A program made the position numbers and the translations under genes. A DNA stretch of 64,000 nucleotides from Paraspadella gotoi (lineage: Eukaryota; Animalia; Chaetognatha). Under the pieces are notes generated by a model that saw only the letters and a list, made by a program, of their open reading frames with translations, had not been told where the DNA came from and ran no database searches. This document shows, piece by piece, positions 14,505-36,300 of this stretch; position 1 is the first letter of the stretch; each line of letters starts with the position of its first letter. The stretch lies in contig CM119268.1 of NCBI GenBank assembly GCA_051294375.1, positions 18,046,066 through 18,110,065 on the forward strand. The letters are read 5' to 3'.

Positions 14505-15258
14505 CCAAGCTTTTCCTCTCGTTTTCCAAGCTTTTTTCTCTCGTTATTTCCCAAGCTTTTTCCTCTTCGTTTCCAAGCTTTCTCCTCTCGTTTCCCAAGC
14601 TTTTCTTCTCGTTTCCCAAGCTTTTTCCTCTCGTTTTCCAAGCTTTTTCCTCTCGTTTTCCAAGCTTTTTCCTCTCGTTTCCCAAGCTTTTTTCCTTCTT
14701 GTTTCCCAAGCTTTTTCCTCTCGTTTTCCAAGCTTCGTTCCTCTCGTTTTCCAAGTTTTTTCCTCTCGTTTTCCAAGCTTTTTTTCCTCATCGTTTCCCA
14801 AGCTTTTTTCTCTCGTTTTTCCCAAGCTTTTTACCTCTCGTTTCCCAAGCTTTTTCCTCTCGTTCCCAAGCTTTTTCTTCTCGTTTCCCAAGCTTTTTCC
14901 TCTCGTTTTCCAAGCTTGTTTCCTCTCGTTTTCCAAGCTTTTTCCTCGTTCCAAGCTTTTTCCTCTTTTTCCCAAGCTTTTTCCTCTCGCTTTCCAAGCT
15001 TTTTCCGTCTCTTCGTTTTCCAAGTTTTTTCCTCTGTTTTCCCAGCTTCCTTCTTCGTTTCCCAGCTTTTTCCTCTTCATTTCTCAAGCTTTTTCCTCTC
15101 GTTTTTTCAAGCTTTTTCCTCATCGTTCTCAAGCTTTTCCTCTCGTTTTTCAAGCTTTTTCCTCTCGTTTTTCAAAGCTTTTTCCTTCTTCGTTGTTCAA
15201 GGCTTTTTTTCCTCACTTTTCTCAAGCTTTTTCCTCTCGTTTCCCAAGCCTTTTTCCA
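14505..15258. repeat. ~22-bp minisatellite (TTTTCCTCTCGTTTTCCAAGCT, HindIII-site containing)
   Basis: Tandem units with AAGCTT; this array generates the spurious FPSFFLSFSKL/KKLGKREEKAW ORFs. A shorter copy lies at ~21565-21890. Confidence 0.92.
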
Positions 15259-16750
15259 CTTTAATAAGGAGGAATGCCAGTTACCAGTAGCTAAGCAAGT
15301 TTAAATATAAATACTGAAAAACGATTATTTCTTCTACAGGCAGGGACTTTGAATCTAGATAGATACGAAAAAAACTTGTAATATAATCTAAAACGAAGAG
15401 CTATTCAGGTTAATTTATAACATTTTTTCATACTTTATAGAAAAATACTTGACTTTTTTCCTGAAAAAAAGTGACTCCGCGCTTGAGAGCCATTGAGATT
15501 ATTGACTGTTAGAAAATTTCGAAACATAATTTTTAGCGTCAAAATTAACGTCAAGTAGTTTCCAAACTCATAAATGTTATAAATAAAAAATATAAAGTTA
15601 AAAAAAATTACGAGTTTAATCAAGTCTTTTGTATCGCTCCGGATTGAAGTCCTGTAATATTATACCACGCAGAAATTATGTACAGAATTAGAAATCCTAA
15701 ACGTTTTAAATTTTTTTTATTTTTTAAGAAAATTTTATGAATCAAAGTTTTTTTTCTTCAAATCAATGGAAAACTGTTATGTGGTTCCATTCATGCGAGG
15801 TCACGACAGAAAATGATGACAGATAGAACGCTTAGTCCTTTTTTCCCCTTTATCTTCAGCGTTTTTCCGCTAAGAGGACGGGGATTGAACACAAATTGAA
15901 AAATAATAAAGACCATGAGGACATGAGATAATTTTTTAAAATAACAACGGCTACAGACTATATTAATGCATTATAATTAAGGGATAATCACAGGCGAATT
16001 ATACTAAGAACATGCATTTTATTCACATAATGATTTTTATTTTAAAAGAATTTTGACATGGGGAAAACCAAGTTTCGAGAGATATTATTTTAAAAAAATC
16101 AAGTAAATCTTGTTTCCATGCGTATCGTGCACGATCCAAGGATGGAAGCAGAATAAGAAAGAAAATCATAATAAAAATTCCCCACGGAAAGTTTTGCGTG
16201 GAACGAAAATTCGATTTCGAGTCGAGTTTCTTCAAAAACGCATTTCATTGTGTCTTCCATTTCATGTTTCCAGTTTTGTTCGTCAAATAATATTTAATTT
16301 CAATTACTATTTTTGATCCAGAAGGTGACGTTTAACTAAATATTCAAACAAACTCGTTGTTTACTCGGAAAATATTTATGAATATACTGGGGCCTATCTT
16401 TTTATACTATTTATTTCCTAATGAGAGAGCAATTGTTAGCAAACCATAAAGTATTTTTAAAATATTTTAAAACTTTAGGAAACAAAATGATCAAAGTAGT
16501 CAACGTGACTTGGGGTGAAGTTGCCAAGTAACTTTGTGAATCTTTATCAAACTCGTCTTGTCGAAGAAAAATTAACTAAAACAGCGATCGCCGATTCTCC
16601 CAAATTCACAATTCGCTGAACTATTGAAGCTTTCTGACTAACTGACTACTCATCAAAATTCTCGAAAAAACCTTTACATTTTGCCACCATTTTTGCCACT
16701 CTCACTTTGTTCAGCACTCCAGTAAATTTTTGCCGTTCCCCTGCGTCACC

Positions 16751-17461
16751 ATGCGCCCCAACGCCCGCACCGTCAGTCTTGCTACATCTGTAGGCCGCGG
16801 AGTTACGGCACAAAATCCCATCTGCATCCACGAACACCCAGTGTCTTCGTCAAGTGGAAGCGACGAAACGGACTCTTGCCAAGAACATGAGACGCCCTCC
16901 GCCGAAGAGTCCCGACGTCTTTCCGTCGATCGAAGGTGGGCGTATCTGCGTCGCTCGTAAGATGTTAAAGATGAGATCAAGGACGATCGTCCTTTTAAAT
17001 TCGTAAAAAAATAGTTTATAAACATTTTTTTTTGTCATTTATTTTTCTCGTTAATGCTTTTTCGCTTCGCGACTTTATTAAAGTGAGTAATTACAATTTT
17101 TAGGAAAGTGGCAAAAAAACAAAAAAAACTCCAACAACAGCATATAATTATTTTCTTTCTTTTTTCATTCGCGTCCTACTTTTCTGCTAAACCCTTCCGC
17201 CACCTCCACTCCTTGCTTTGCACCTCCAACCCCTTAGCCTTCTGCACCTCATCAACCCTTCCACCCGCCACATCCCCTTTCTAGACCCAACTCCGCGAAT
17301 TGACCTCGAGCGATTCAACAGTCTCGCCCTCGACGCCTCTCCAGCAATTCCAAACTTTGCTGCCCTGCGAGTTTTTTGCTGTCGCACCTTCCTGCTCGAC
17401 CGCCTGCCCGTTCCACAGCGAAACGTGCGGCAAGGGGCAACTTTAGCAATCCGGAAAAAAG
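16751..17461 (+). pseudogene. Frameshifted duplicate of the first two zinc-finger exons (likely erroneous long-read consensus rather than a true pseudogene)
   Basis: Aligns to 23304-23985 but with many 1-2 nt deletions; lies next to the N gap in duplicate copy A. Confidence 0.6.
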
Positions 17462-18017
17462 GTCGAATACTTCGTCCCGGTATTTTTACGAAATTAATCG
17501 AATTATTTCTTGTTTCAACAACGATTTTTTTTTATTATTTATTTTTATTTTTTAAATTAAAATTTCATTGGTATTATCCTATTCCTTTTCGTGTATCTCT
17601 CTCTTTNNNNNNNNNNNNNNNNNNNNNNNNNCTCTCTCTCTCTCTCTCTCGCTCTCTCTCTTTCTCTCTCTATCTCTCTTTCAAAATGAATATGAATTCA
17701 ATAAATTTTGGTGAAAAGAGATTTTGCCGCTGTAAAAGTTAGTAGAAACAGTTTCGTTATTCAAGTGTTTACTAAAAGTTGAGAAAGATTATCAGTGTTT
17801 ATAAATATTTACATTAGCTTTATTTTATTTTGTTTTTAATTTTTTTTTTTCAGTAGTTTTAAGCTCACTCCGTTCTCTAAGTATCCACAAAACTGGCATC
17901 GACCCAAGTGATTATTCCCTCGGAACGACCGCCGTCTTGGCACGAATCTCTCTCTCTCTCTCTCTCTCTCATCTCTTCTCTTCTCTCTCTTCTAGTCATA
18001 TACTCAGCTCTTCCCGG

Positions 18018-18118
18018 ATGCAGCCGTCCACCGGGCAGCGGCGCGCGGCTGCGACCGACTACGCCTTCTCCTTCCGGGCTCTTCGCTCGGATCAGGGAGA
18101 TTTTCTCTCTCTCAATGG
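18018..18118 (+). CDS. Putative upstream coding exon of the zinc-finger gene (MQPSTGQRRAAATDYAFSFRALRSDQGDFLSLNG)
   Basis: Strong GTGAGT donor at 18119 (phase 2) fits the TCAG acceptor at 23269/23270 and reads in frame ([12 protein letters not shown]) into ATG 23304. A duplicate lies at ~10987-11086. Confidence 0.45.
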
Positions 18119-18185
18119 GTGAGTCGGGCTTCTTTCCGGTCGAAAGTCCGAAGCGGATCGGGGCCCGGATTTCTCGCTCTCTCTC

Positions 18186-18232
<47 letters not shown>

Positions 18233-21200
18233 GCTCTTCTCCACCAAAACAACGTCGACAAGTCAAGTCTCACCATTTTTTGGAGGAAAACAGATTTTAG
18301 CCGCTTCATTAGGCGCCTAGCAGAAAATAATTAGTCATTTCTCACTAGATTAAGGCCAAAACAAACTGCGCGCCCTCGCTTGTCGTAAATCACTTACAAT
18401 TCAATTGGGGTTTTTATGTACAAATGCGGTTGAATGACCTTTCCTTTTAAAAAAATTTACATTTGGCCTTTTAGTCAGTTTGTTGCTTCAAATAAAAGCA
18501 AATACAATTAAAAACAGTTTTAAAAAAGAAATTTTGATTGAAGCGTGGACAATTCTGAAAGTTTATAGTTTAAATTCCTAAGTTTCTTGCGAAAACTTTA
18601 GCGCTGTTGGACTCATAAACCCAAGAAAGATGTTTGTTCAAAATCTTGGCCGACCTTGAAGGGGACCAAGTGAAAACAGGGGGGTAAAAAGCTGAAAAAC
18701 ATAAATCTTTGATCCCTTTAACTTTAAGCTGGTTCTGCATCATATAATTTTTTCTTTTATAATCAATTTGGCGAAAGTAGTTAAAAAAATTCGATAGAAA
18801 ATCAGCCGGAGCTTTTAATTTTCTATTTTTAAAAAATTGTGTAGACAAAAATCTTTTTCAAGTTTAAAAATTTTTTTTTTTTTTTCCAAAAAAGGGTAAG
18901 ATTCTAATTTTAAAAGATTTTCAGCTTTTTCACAAAAAAATTTATAGAAAAAAACTTAGGATATGAATCAAAATTTAACGGTATCGACTGATTTTTATAA
19001 ACTTTCTTTTCAAATGATTCTTGTTTAAATTGAGATGAAAATAAAACTCTTTTGAAGTAATATAAATATAAAGAAGAGAAAGATTCTGTACTTTGCTAAA
19101 TTTTTAATTGTATAATTTAGGCAATCAATATAGTTTAATATATACATTGTAAGGGTAATGAATATGAATATTAATTAATAATTATTACAGTTTTGTTTTC
19201 TGTAAAGAATAGAATTTTAGGTTTGATTTGTCTGCTTTTAAGTAAATATAAAAAATATAAAAATAATAGTCTTGTAAAGCCTTTGTTCAATTTGAAGCTT
19301 AAAAACCTAAAATTATTAGCTTTGCTACAGTAAAAATAAAAAATTGGAATTTAGTAAAAAAATACTTTCTAATTGCAAAAATAAAATAATGGATTATATA
19401 AAATATTTTAGGTTAGGCGTCAACTAAATTTTTTTTTCATAATTATTAAATTTTTGTTTCCGCTACAATAAGAGATTAGGGAATTTTTTTTGCACGTTCC
19501 CGTTACAAAGAAAATTAATGGACTATTCACCATTCAAATTTCCTCTTGATGATAGACCCTTCAACTTTATGATATCATTTTTATCACTGCGGTCCCTTAA
19601 GTTTTACGTTCAATATGTGCGTAAGATCTTTCCTTTTATTTGTCTTTCACGGCCGCTGGAGACGAATGTTCGTTTTTGTCACCAGGACGGAACTATCAAC
19701 TTAAGGTTTCAAGAGAAAAGTCGCGAATAAAAAATGAGTCTTTATTGAACACGAATTATTTTTCCTAAATACAGAGTTTCTTTCTCAGAGCGAAACATGT
19801 TTTTGTGAGATTTCAAGCGAAAACTAAACTACGATGGAAAAATCTCTCTGAAAATGAGGCGGGAGACGACTTGCCCGCGAAAATATTGACCATAAAAGAA
19901 TTGGCAAGATATCTTTAACAATAATTAATAAATTTATTTTCACTTATTACCCTTGCAGGCATAGGAAAAATAACAAACCTTTTCTTTACAGTAGCATGAC
20001 CAATCACAAATACTATTGGGCATGATTTTATCGGGGAATTTTATAAAAAAAAAAAACCAACTTTTTCCAATATTGCTAAAAATATTATAAACAGAATTGG
20101 ATAAAAAAAATTTTAGCTCTTAAGACAAAGTTGGGCTGGACTACGGATTTAATTGAAATATCTGGCTGCCATTTCTAATCAAGATATCAATATTTCATTT
20201 TTTGCTACTTTTTAATAGCAGTAGCAGTGGTAGGGAAAAAAAGGTTAGAGGAGAAAGGAAAAGGATGGACACAGAAAAAATAATGAGCGGTAGAAACGTT
20301 GCGAGAAAGGGAGAAAAAGTCAGCAGAGAAAGAGAAGAAAAAGAGAGAGTTCGAAAAAAAAAGTCGAGAAAGAAAGAAAATAATAAAAGGAGTGAAAAAC
20401 AAAAGAAAAAAAATTTTATAAGCTATTAGCGTTGCCATTTTTTTTGCCAAAGCAAGTTAGTATATCTAAAATACGCAACAGATCTTACGAGCAATTTGAT
20501 GCTCTAAAAGTTGCTCTTTGCCATGGAAAAAAATATTTTTTAGTTCATCTGAATTAAGGGCCGGATACCGTAAATAAGAATGGATTGTTCATAAAAGAAA
20601 ATCATGTCTTTACTGTATTTTGAAAAACATAGAAATCACCCAGTGAGATCTATGTTATGCAGGAGGAAGCATAAGATATATATAAATAAAGCAGTGTTTC
20701 ATATTTATCAGAGGAGAAAAAAGAAATAATAGTTATTTAAAGTTCCAATTTCATTGTGAAAAATACCCGTATAAAAAATCACTGCCTATCTCAAATACAA
20801 TTTCTTTTGAAGAAAAAGACTCCCGCGATTCCGCGCCGAACCCATGATCGATCCGGACTCGGAGGCAGAGAGAAAAGACTCGGCCAGCCGGTGACGAGGG
20901 TAAGAGAGGAGAGAGAGAGTAAGTTTTGCCGCCTGCAGCTCCGATCGGATCGACTCTGCCGTCGCGCGGATCCGGGAGACAGCAGAGGAAGACAAGAGGA
21001 GTAAGAAGAGCGAGCGAAGTAAGTCGAAGGCGCGGCGGCGAAAGCGCATCTGGCCGCAGCGCGGTCTGCTCCCGGAGGCCTGCGCTGATACGAGGCTTCT
21101 GAGTATTAGCCATGCTCTCTCTTCTCTCTCTCTCTTTTTTTTTCTCACCTCCTTTTTTATTCCCTTCTTTCTTCCTCTTTCCTCTTTCTACACCAACTCC

Positions 21201-21239
21201 CTCACTTCTTCCATCATTTTCTCTCTCCTCTCACTCTCG

Positions 21240-21270
<31 letters not shown>

Positions 21271-23198
21271 ACTCTCTTCTCTCTCCTTCTCTCTCTTCTC
21301 GTCTTCCATCTCTTCTCTCTCTCTCTTTCTCTCTTTCTCTCTCAAACCCCTTTTTTCAATTCCCTTCATTTCTCTCTTCCTTCTTTTCTCTTTCTACACT
21401 CCCAACTTCCCAGGCTCTTTTCTCTCTCCTCTCTCTCTCTCCATCTCTCTCTCTCCCTCTATCCCTCATACCCATTTCTGCCGTGAGTCTTGGCAAAGCC
21501 TACATCAGTCGTAAAAATGAGCATCATTTCTTTCCTTAGCGGTTTCCGTCTACCTTTCCCTTCCTTTTCCCAAGCTTTTTCCTCTCGTTTTCCAAGCTTT
21601 TTTCTCTCGTTTTCCCAAGCTTTTTCCTCTCGTTTCCCAAGCTTTTTCCTCTCGTTTCCCAAGCTTTTTCTTCTCGTTTCCCAAGCTTTTTCCTCTCGTT
21701 TTCCAAGCTTTTTCCTCTCGTTTTCCAAGCTTTTTCCTCTCGTTTCCCAAGCTTTTTCCTCTTGTTTCCCAAGCTTTTTCCTCTCGTTTTCCAAGCTTTT
21801 TCTCTCATTTCTCAAGCTTTTTCCTCTCGTTTTTCAAGCTTTTTCCTCACTTTTCTCAAGCTTTTTCCTCTCGTTTCCCAAGCTTTTTCCACTTAATAAG
21901 GAGAATGCCAGTTACCAGTAGCAAGCAAGTTTAAATATAAAATAGAAAACGATTATTTCTTCTACAGGCAGGGACTTGAATCTAGATAGATACGAAAAAA
22001 ACTTGTAATATAATCTAAACGAAGAGCTATCAGGTTATTTATAACATTTTTTCATACTTATAGAAAAATACTTGACTTTTTTCCTGAAAAAAAGTGACTC
22101 CGCGCTTGAGAGCCATTGAGATTATACTGTTAGAAAATTTGAACATATTTTTAGGTCAAAATTAACGTCAAGTAGTTTTCCAACTCATAAATGTTATAAA
22201 TAAAATATAAAGTAAAAAAATTACGAGTTTAATCAAGTCTTTTCGTATCGCTCCGGATTGAAGTCCCTGTAATATTATACCACGCAGAAATATGTACAGA
22301 TTGAAATCCTAAACGTTTTAAATTTTTTTATTTTTAAGAAAATTTTATGATCAAAGTTTTTTTTCTTTCAAATCAATGAAACTTGTATGTGGTCCATCAT
22401 GCGAGGTTCACGACAGAAAATTGATGACAGAAGAACGCTAGTCCTTTTTTCCCCTTTTATCTCAGCGTTTTTCCGCTAGAGGACGGGATTGAACACAAAT
22501 TGAAAATAAAAGACATGAGACATGAGATATTTTAAATACAACGTAGAGACTATTAATGCATATAATAAGGATAATCACAGGCGTATACTAAGAACATGAT
22601 TTTATCACAGTAATGATTTTAGTTTTAAAAGAATTTGACATGGGAAAACCCAATTTCGAGAGATATTATTTTTAAAAAAATCAAGTAAATCTTGTTTCAT
22701 GGTTTCGTGCACGATCCAAGGATGGAGAGAATAAGAAAGAAATCATAATAAAAATTCCCAGGAAGTTTTGCGTGGAACGAAAATCGATTTCGAGTCGAGT
22801 TTCTTCAAAAACGCATTTCATTGTGTCTTCCATTTCATGTTTCCAGTTTTGTTCGTCAAAAATATTTAATTCAATTACTATTTTTGTCCAGAAGGTGAGT
22901 TAATAAATATCAAACAAACTCGTTGTTTACTCGGAAAATATTTATGAATATACTGGGGCCTATCTTTTTATACTATTTATTTCCTAATGAGAGCAATGTT
23001 TTAGCAAACCAATAAAAGTATTTTTAAAATATCTAAAACTTTAGGAAACAAATGATCAAAAGTAGTCACGTGACTTGGTGAAGTTGCCAAGTAACTTGTG
23101 AATCTTTATCAAACTCGTCTTGTCGAAGAAAAATAACTAAAACAGCGATCGCCGATTCTCCCAAATCACAATCGCTGAACTTTGAAGCTTCTGACTAA

Positions 23199-31692
<8,494 letters not shown>

Positions 31693-32111
31693 ATTTGTTC
31701 TTTAACTTATCTCGTTAAATTGTTTTTGTTGTACCGCTGTTTTATTTTTAACGGAAAATAAAATATTAATATTATAATCATTTTTTGGGCAGGTAATCAT
31801 GAAAAGCTAGAAATAGATAGAGATGAATGAAACTAGAAAGGAAATAAGAAAAATAATAAGAGTTAGACTAATGGAATTGTGGAGCTGGAAAATCATTGTT
31901 AATATACATTTTCATTGTGGCAATAAGGGCCGATCACTGATAAACAGATATGAATCGGTGATAGCGAGACGTCAATCCTCGATAAACTGATAATGAGTAA
32001 AACCTCTGAGACGATCTTGAGTAAGTCTCACCGTCTCAGTCTGGCTTTTTTAAAAACTGTTATTAAATAAAGTTAAAGTCCCTCGAATAAATGAAAGGTT
32101 AAAAAATCAAA

Positions 32112-33233
32112 ATGAGTCGTTCGCTTCTATTAAGCATCGTCGTTGTTGTCGTCGTCCTAACCGGAAATCTCTCGGCAACGGATCCGTCGCGTCCGGTTTT
32201 GCCGGAACAGTTCCACGCCGTCGTGGAATGGAATGACGCTGGGAACAAGAAGACGGTGTTGATGGAGGAGTGGTACGACGAGCATCGAAAAAAGGGTGAG
32301 AGGCCATTATTATTTATCAGTGACTTTTATTGTTATTGTAATTTTTCATTTTTATTTGGAATAAGTTTGGGCCTAAATTATATAAAAATCGTTGTATGTT
32401 AATTAAACCAATAACATTTTTGAATCCCGGTTGGACTTGTCTTTCAGGCGATGCCCAAAATGTTTAAAAATGTTTATAGGATAATGGCCTAATTAACATT
32501 TTGTCGTGACGACGGGTCCATCTCCTTCAATGTTGAACTGATCATGAAAATTAAAAGCAATGATAAATAAATTAATTAAGTTAAAGCAAGTTCTCAAGAA
32601 AAAGGACGCCAACTCGTAAANNNNNNNNNNATAGGATAATGGCCTATTTAACATTTTGTCGTAACAACGGGTCCATCTCCTTCAATGTTTAACTGATCAT
32701 GAAAATTAAAAGCAATGATAAATAAATAACTTAATTAAGTTAAAACAAGTTCTCAAGAAAAAGGACGCCAACTCGTAAAGTGTTTTATAACAATGTGACT
32801 GTATACAGTAGTAGTGTATACAGTAAACCGTTTTTCATACTCCATTCTCCGAAAATTATCCACAAATATGTGATCAAAAATTGATCACATTTCTATTTGC
32901 GCCCACACTTTCCCATTTCCCTCCTTTCTCTACTGCTCCGACTCTTGACTCTCCACACTCCCACATTAACTCCATCTCCTCCACACACACCAGCCACTCT
33001 CGCCACCCTCGACGACGGATTCCAGTTCGACCGCCTCTTGGACTTCAACACCCGCGAGATCTTCGAGATCACCGACGGCCTTTGCGCCGTCGTGAACATG
33101 AGCGACTCTCACGACGCTGGGATCTTCGGCAAAGGAGGAGAGATGCTCAGTCCATCAGGAGTTTTGAGGTCGGTCCGTCGAGCTGCGCCTATCTCACTCA
33201 CTATCTCTCTGTTTACGTCTCTCTGTGTTAGTT

Positions 33234-33332
<99 letters not shown>

Positions 33333-36300
33333 CTCCTTTTTTTAGATTGCTTTTTTTCTTCGATTCTGTTACTCTTTCTCTCCTTCCTCCATCTCCTTCG
33401 CCTAATTTATCCCTGCTCCATTCTTCCTCACCCTTTCTCTCCTCACCCTCAGGTTCGGCGGTGACCTTTTCGAGACCTACCTCGGAGCCGGCGTCGTCCG
33501 CTCAATCCCCTGCCACATCTGGGAACACTCCGGCGCCGCCCCTGAGCTCAACATAGACAAGCTCAACATCGTGTGGTACTTCTCTGACCCCGAAAAGTGG
33601 ACGGCGGCTATTGGGGCTTCGAGTGTGCCAGTCAGGGCCGTGTGGACGGGAGAAAAGGTCGGGGAAATTGGTAAGTGGAGTGGAGCTGGGAAGGGGAGAG
33701 AAGGTCGGGGAAATTGGTAAGTGGAGTGGAGCTGGGAACGGGAGAGAAGGTCGGGGAAATTGGTAAGTGGGGTGGAGCTGGGAGAAAATCGGTTGAGTTG
33801 GAAGACGATTTGGGTCACTGAAAATAAAGTGGTGAATTGGAAAGTGAAAAGAATGAAAGTTTGATAGTTAAGCCGAACGTCGGTGGTAGTTTTGGACTTC
33901 AAATTATTTTCGTGGAACAAAAATTATCTTTCATGAAATTGGTCTTACTAGTACCTAAGACAATCTACAAAAATGAAAAATAAAAACTAAAAGTGAGAAA
34001 TTAGGAACTAAAAGATGTGATGCAGAATTCTGATTTTCCTCTTTTCGATTTCGTAAAACAGTAGTAAAAAGTTACACAAAGATGACACAAGAACTGTTTC
34101 TTAGCAAGCATTGCAGGTTTTGACGCAAAGCTTGATCATGTCATGATCTTGGCAAGCATTAGGTAAAATCCGACGCCACAGCATGCACCGTTCCAATCCC
34201 ATGGCATCGACGCATCCGCCTTTGACGGCAAAAATATAAATTTGTAAATGGGAAAAGATAATTTAAGCGCTTTAGTTTTTTGTTCCTTTCTTAGTTCCGT
34301 TCTGTCAACGCAAATGTTTATGTACGTAGTATGTACTTACATGTCCCGCAAGTTCTTTTGCATTGAACCCTCATCTCGGCCCCACGGACGGGATCTTTGC
34401 AGACCTGGGCACCTAAAGCAATGCACAAGTCTGGCTCGGATCCGTGACATGTTATCCCTCCGTTGTGGCAGGAGTTGTGTTAATAATCCTGATTTCACCG
34501 GAAACTTTGTTTTAGACATTAGAGTAAAAGCCCGATTTTTTTACTACGTTTCTAAGTGCCACCTCTGTGCGGATTTTTTTAAATTAAATTTAGACGTAAA
34601 AGGATAAAATACACAAATATAACAATAATCATTTAATACTTAAATTTTAAAAAAGCAGTTAACGAGTACCTTTTCTTATCGACCGTTGATATCGCCTTTC
34701 AATTTGGATTGTAGCCACTGACTAGAAAAATCGTTGTTGTCGTTAAAATCGCGAGAAAAATCGACGACTTCATGTTGATTCTGGTTTTTTCGCTTCCTTT
34801 TCGTATTTAGTTTTTCTACGTATTTTATTGGTTGTTTCCTTTAACTATGATGGGAATAAATTATCTTTTTTTCAGTTCTTTTTACCTCTGCGGGCAGTCA
34901 AGACTAAAGAGAAAACCTTTTTTGGTTATTTTGTAATAAAATTAATTGAAAGTAAGAGACGTTGCTTGCTCCGTCGTTTAAAAGTTAAAAGTCATCTGAT
35001 GAAAGCCAAAAAGTTCAATTAAATTAACTATGCAGTTAATTGAACAAAGTTTTACGAACTCGTAAATTTTTTTTTCTTCTTTTATCATTTACAAGATAGT
35101 AAGTAATGTTGTCAATAGTTGGAAATCGTTTTATTGAACGAAAAGCATTAAATAAGGATTCATTTCATTCACAAGATAAGAAAGTGCTCTAAAAGAGTCG
35201 CCGCGCGCGATCAACAGACTCCACAGGTTTTTTCGCACATCCTCGCGATGTCGGGCATCCCGCACGAATTCGGTCTCCTCTCCATCAGATACGGACATGA
35301 CATTCCCATGGCGTCGGCACAATCGCCTGATATAAAAATATTACGTTTAAATATATTAAATGTAAAAAAATAAATAACTAGTACAAAGTACACCTACTAC
35401 ATACTCTTAGAATTAATTCTTGAGAAAGATTTCATAATATTTCAATTTGGGAAAAAGCAGTTTCCTTCATAGAGCGAAATAAGGTGAAATAATTATTGGA
35501 CTCACAGAAATTGCAAGTTTTCTTGCAATTGATCTTCATGCCGACTTCGTAGAAAGGCTGTTCACATTTGTCTGTTCCGGCCAGAGCGCACTCCTCTGGT
35601 TTCGCGTCGACGCACTCGGAAGCTTAAGTTTGGTAATTTTGAAAACAAAAGACGAGGAATTTTTGAAAGAAAAAAGTTTAATAGGCACAATTACTCTAAG
35701 ATTGACAATTTATCGTTATCTAATTATTCTAATTTCGCAATGTGACTTTAACCATGTTCTCATTTTTGTGAAGCATCTTTTATTCTGTACCTTAGAATAT
35801 ATCTCGCTCCGCGCTTTTATCGTCTCTTTCTTTGTCTATATTTTTTCCCTTTTTGTTATGAAAATTGAAAATTTATTTTGTTTCACTCCATTTTGTTTTT
35901 GAATCAAACTGTTTGATTTTCCCTGCTTTTCACTTTGAGATCCTTAATTGAAATTGAAAACTTACCTTCTCTTTTGCTTGAACGCAAAATGTCTGCCAAA
36001 TGGAAAAGTTCCAATCCCTCAGCCGTAAAAATCGTTAACAGTAAAATAGCGGATAAAGTTACCAACTTCATGGTAATTTTTTGATAGCGTATTTATTTTG
36101 TCGGTAGAATTAATGGGGAAAAGCCGAGTCGTGGACAGCTCGCTTTTTAAAATATTGACCCTCAAGGAATTCCGAGAAAATCGATCGACCGCCATTGAAA
36201 GACAGTCAACCTGATTAAAACAAATGACGTTAAAGCATACTTTGGGACATACTATCGACATTAGTAAAAACCCACTTTTTGGCCGTCCCTATTTTACAAC

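Noticed and set aside
14422-15304. Overlapping 100-280 aa ORFs on both strands, and a CRISPR-like periodic appearance
   Set aside because: These are translations of a ~22-bp tandem minisatellite. There are no unique spacers or cas genes, and the context is eukaryotic.
16646-17742. Second ZNF474-like gene copy
   Set aside because: It is riddled with single-base deletions next to an N gap within a duplicated block; most likely a sequencing/assembly error.
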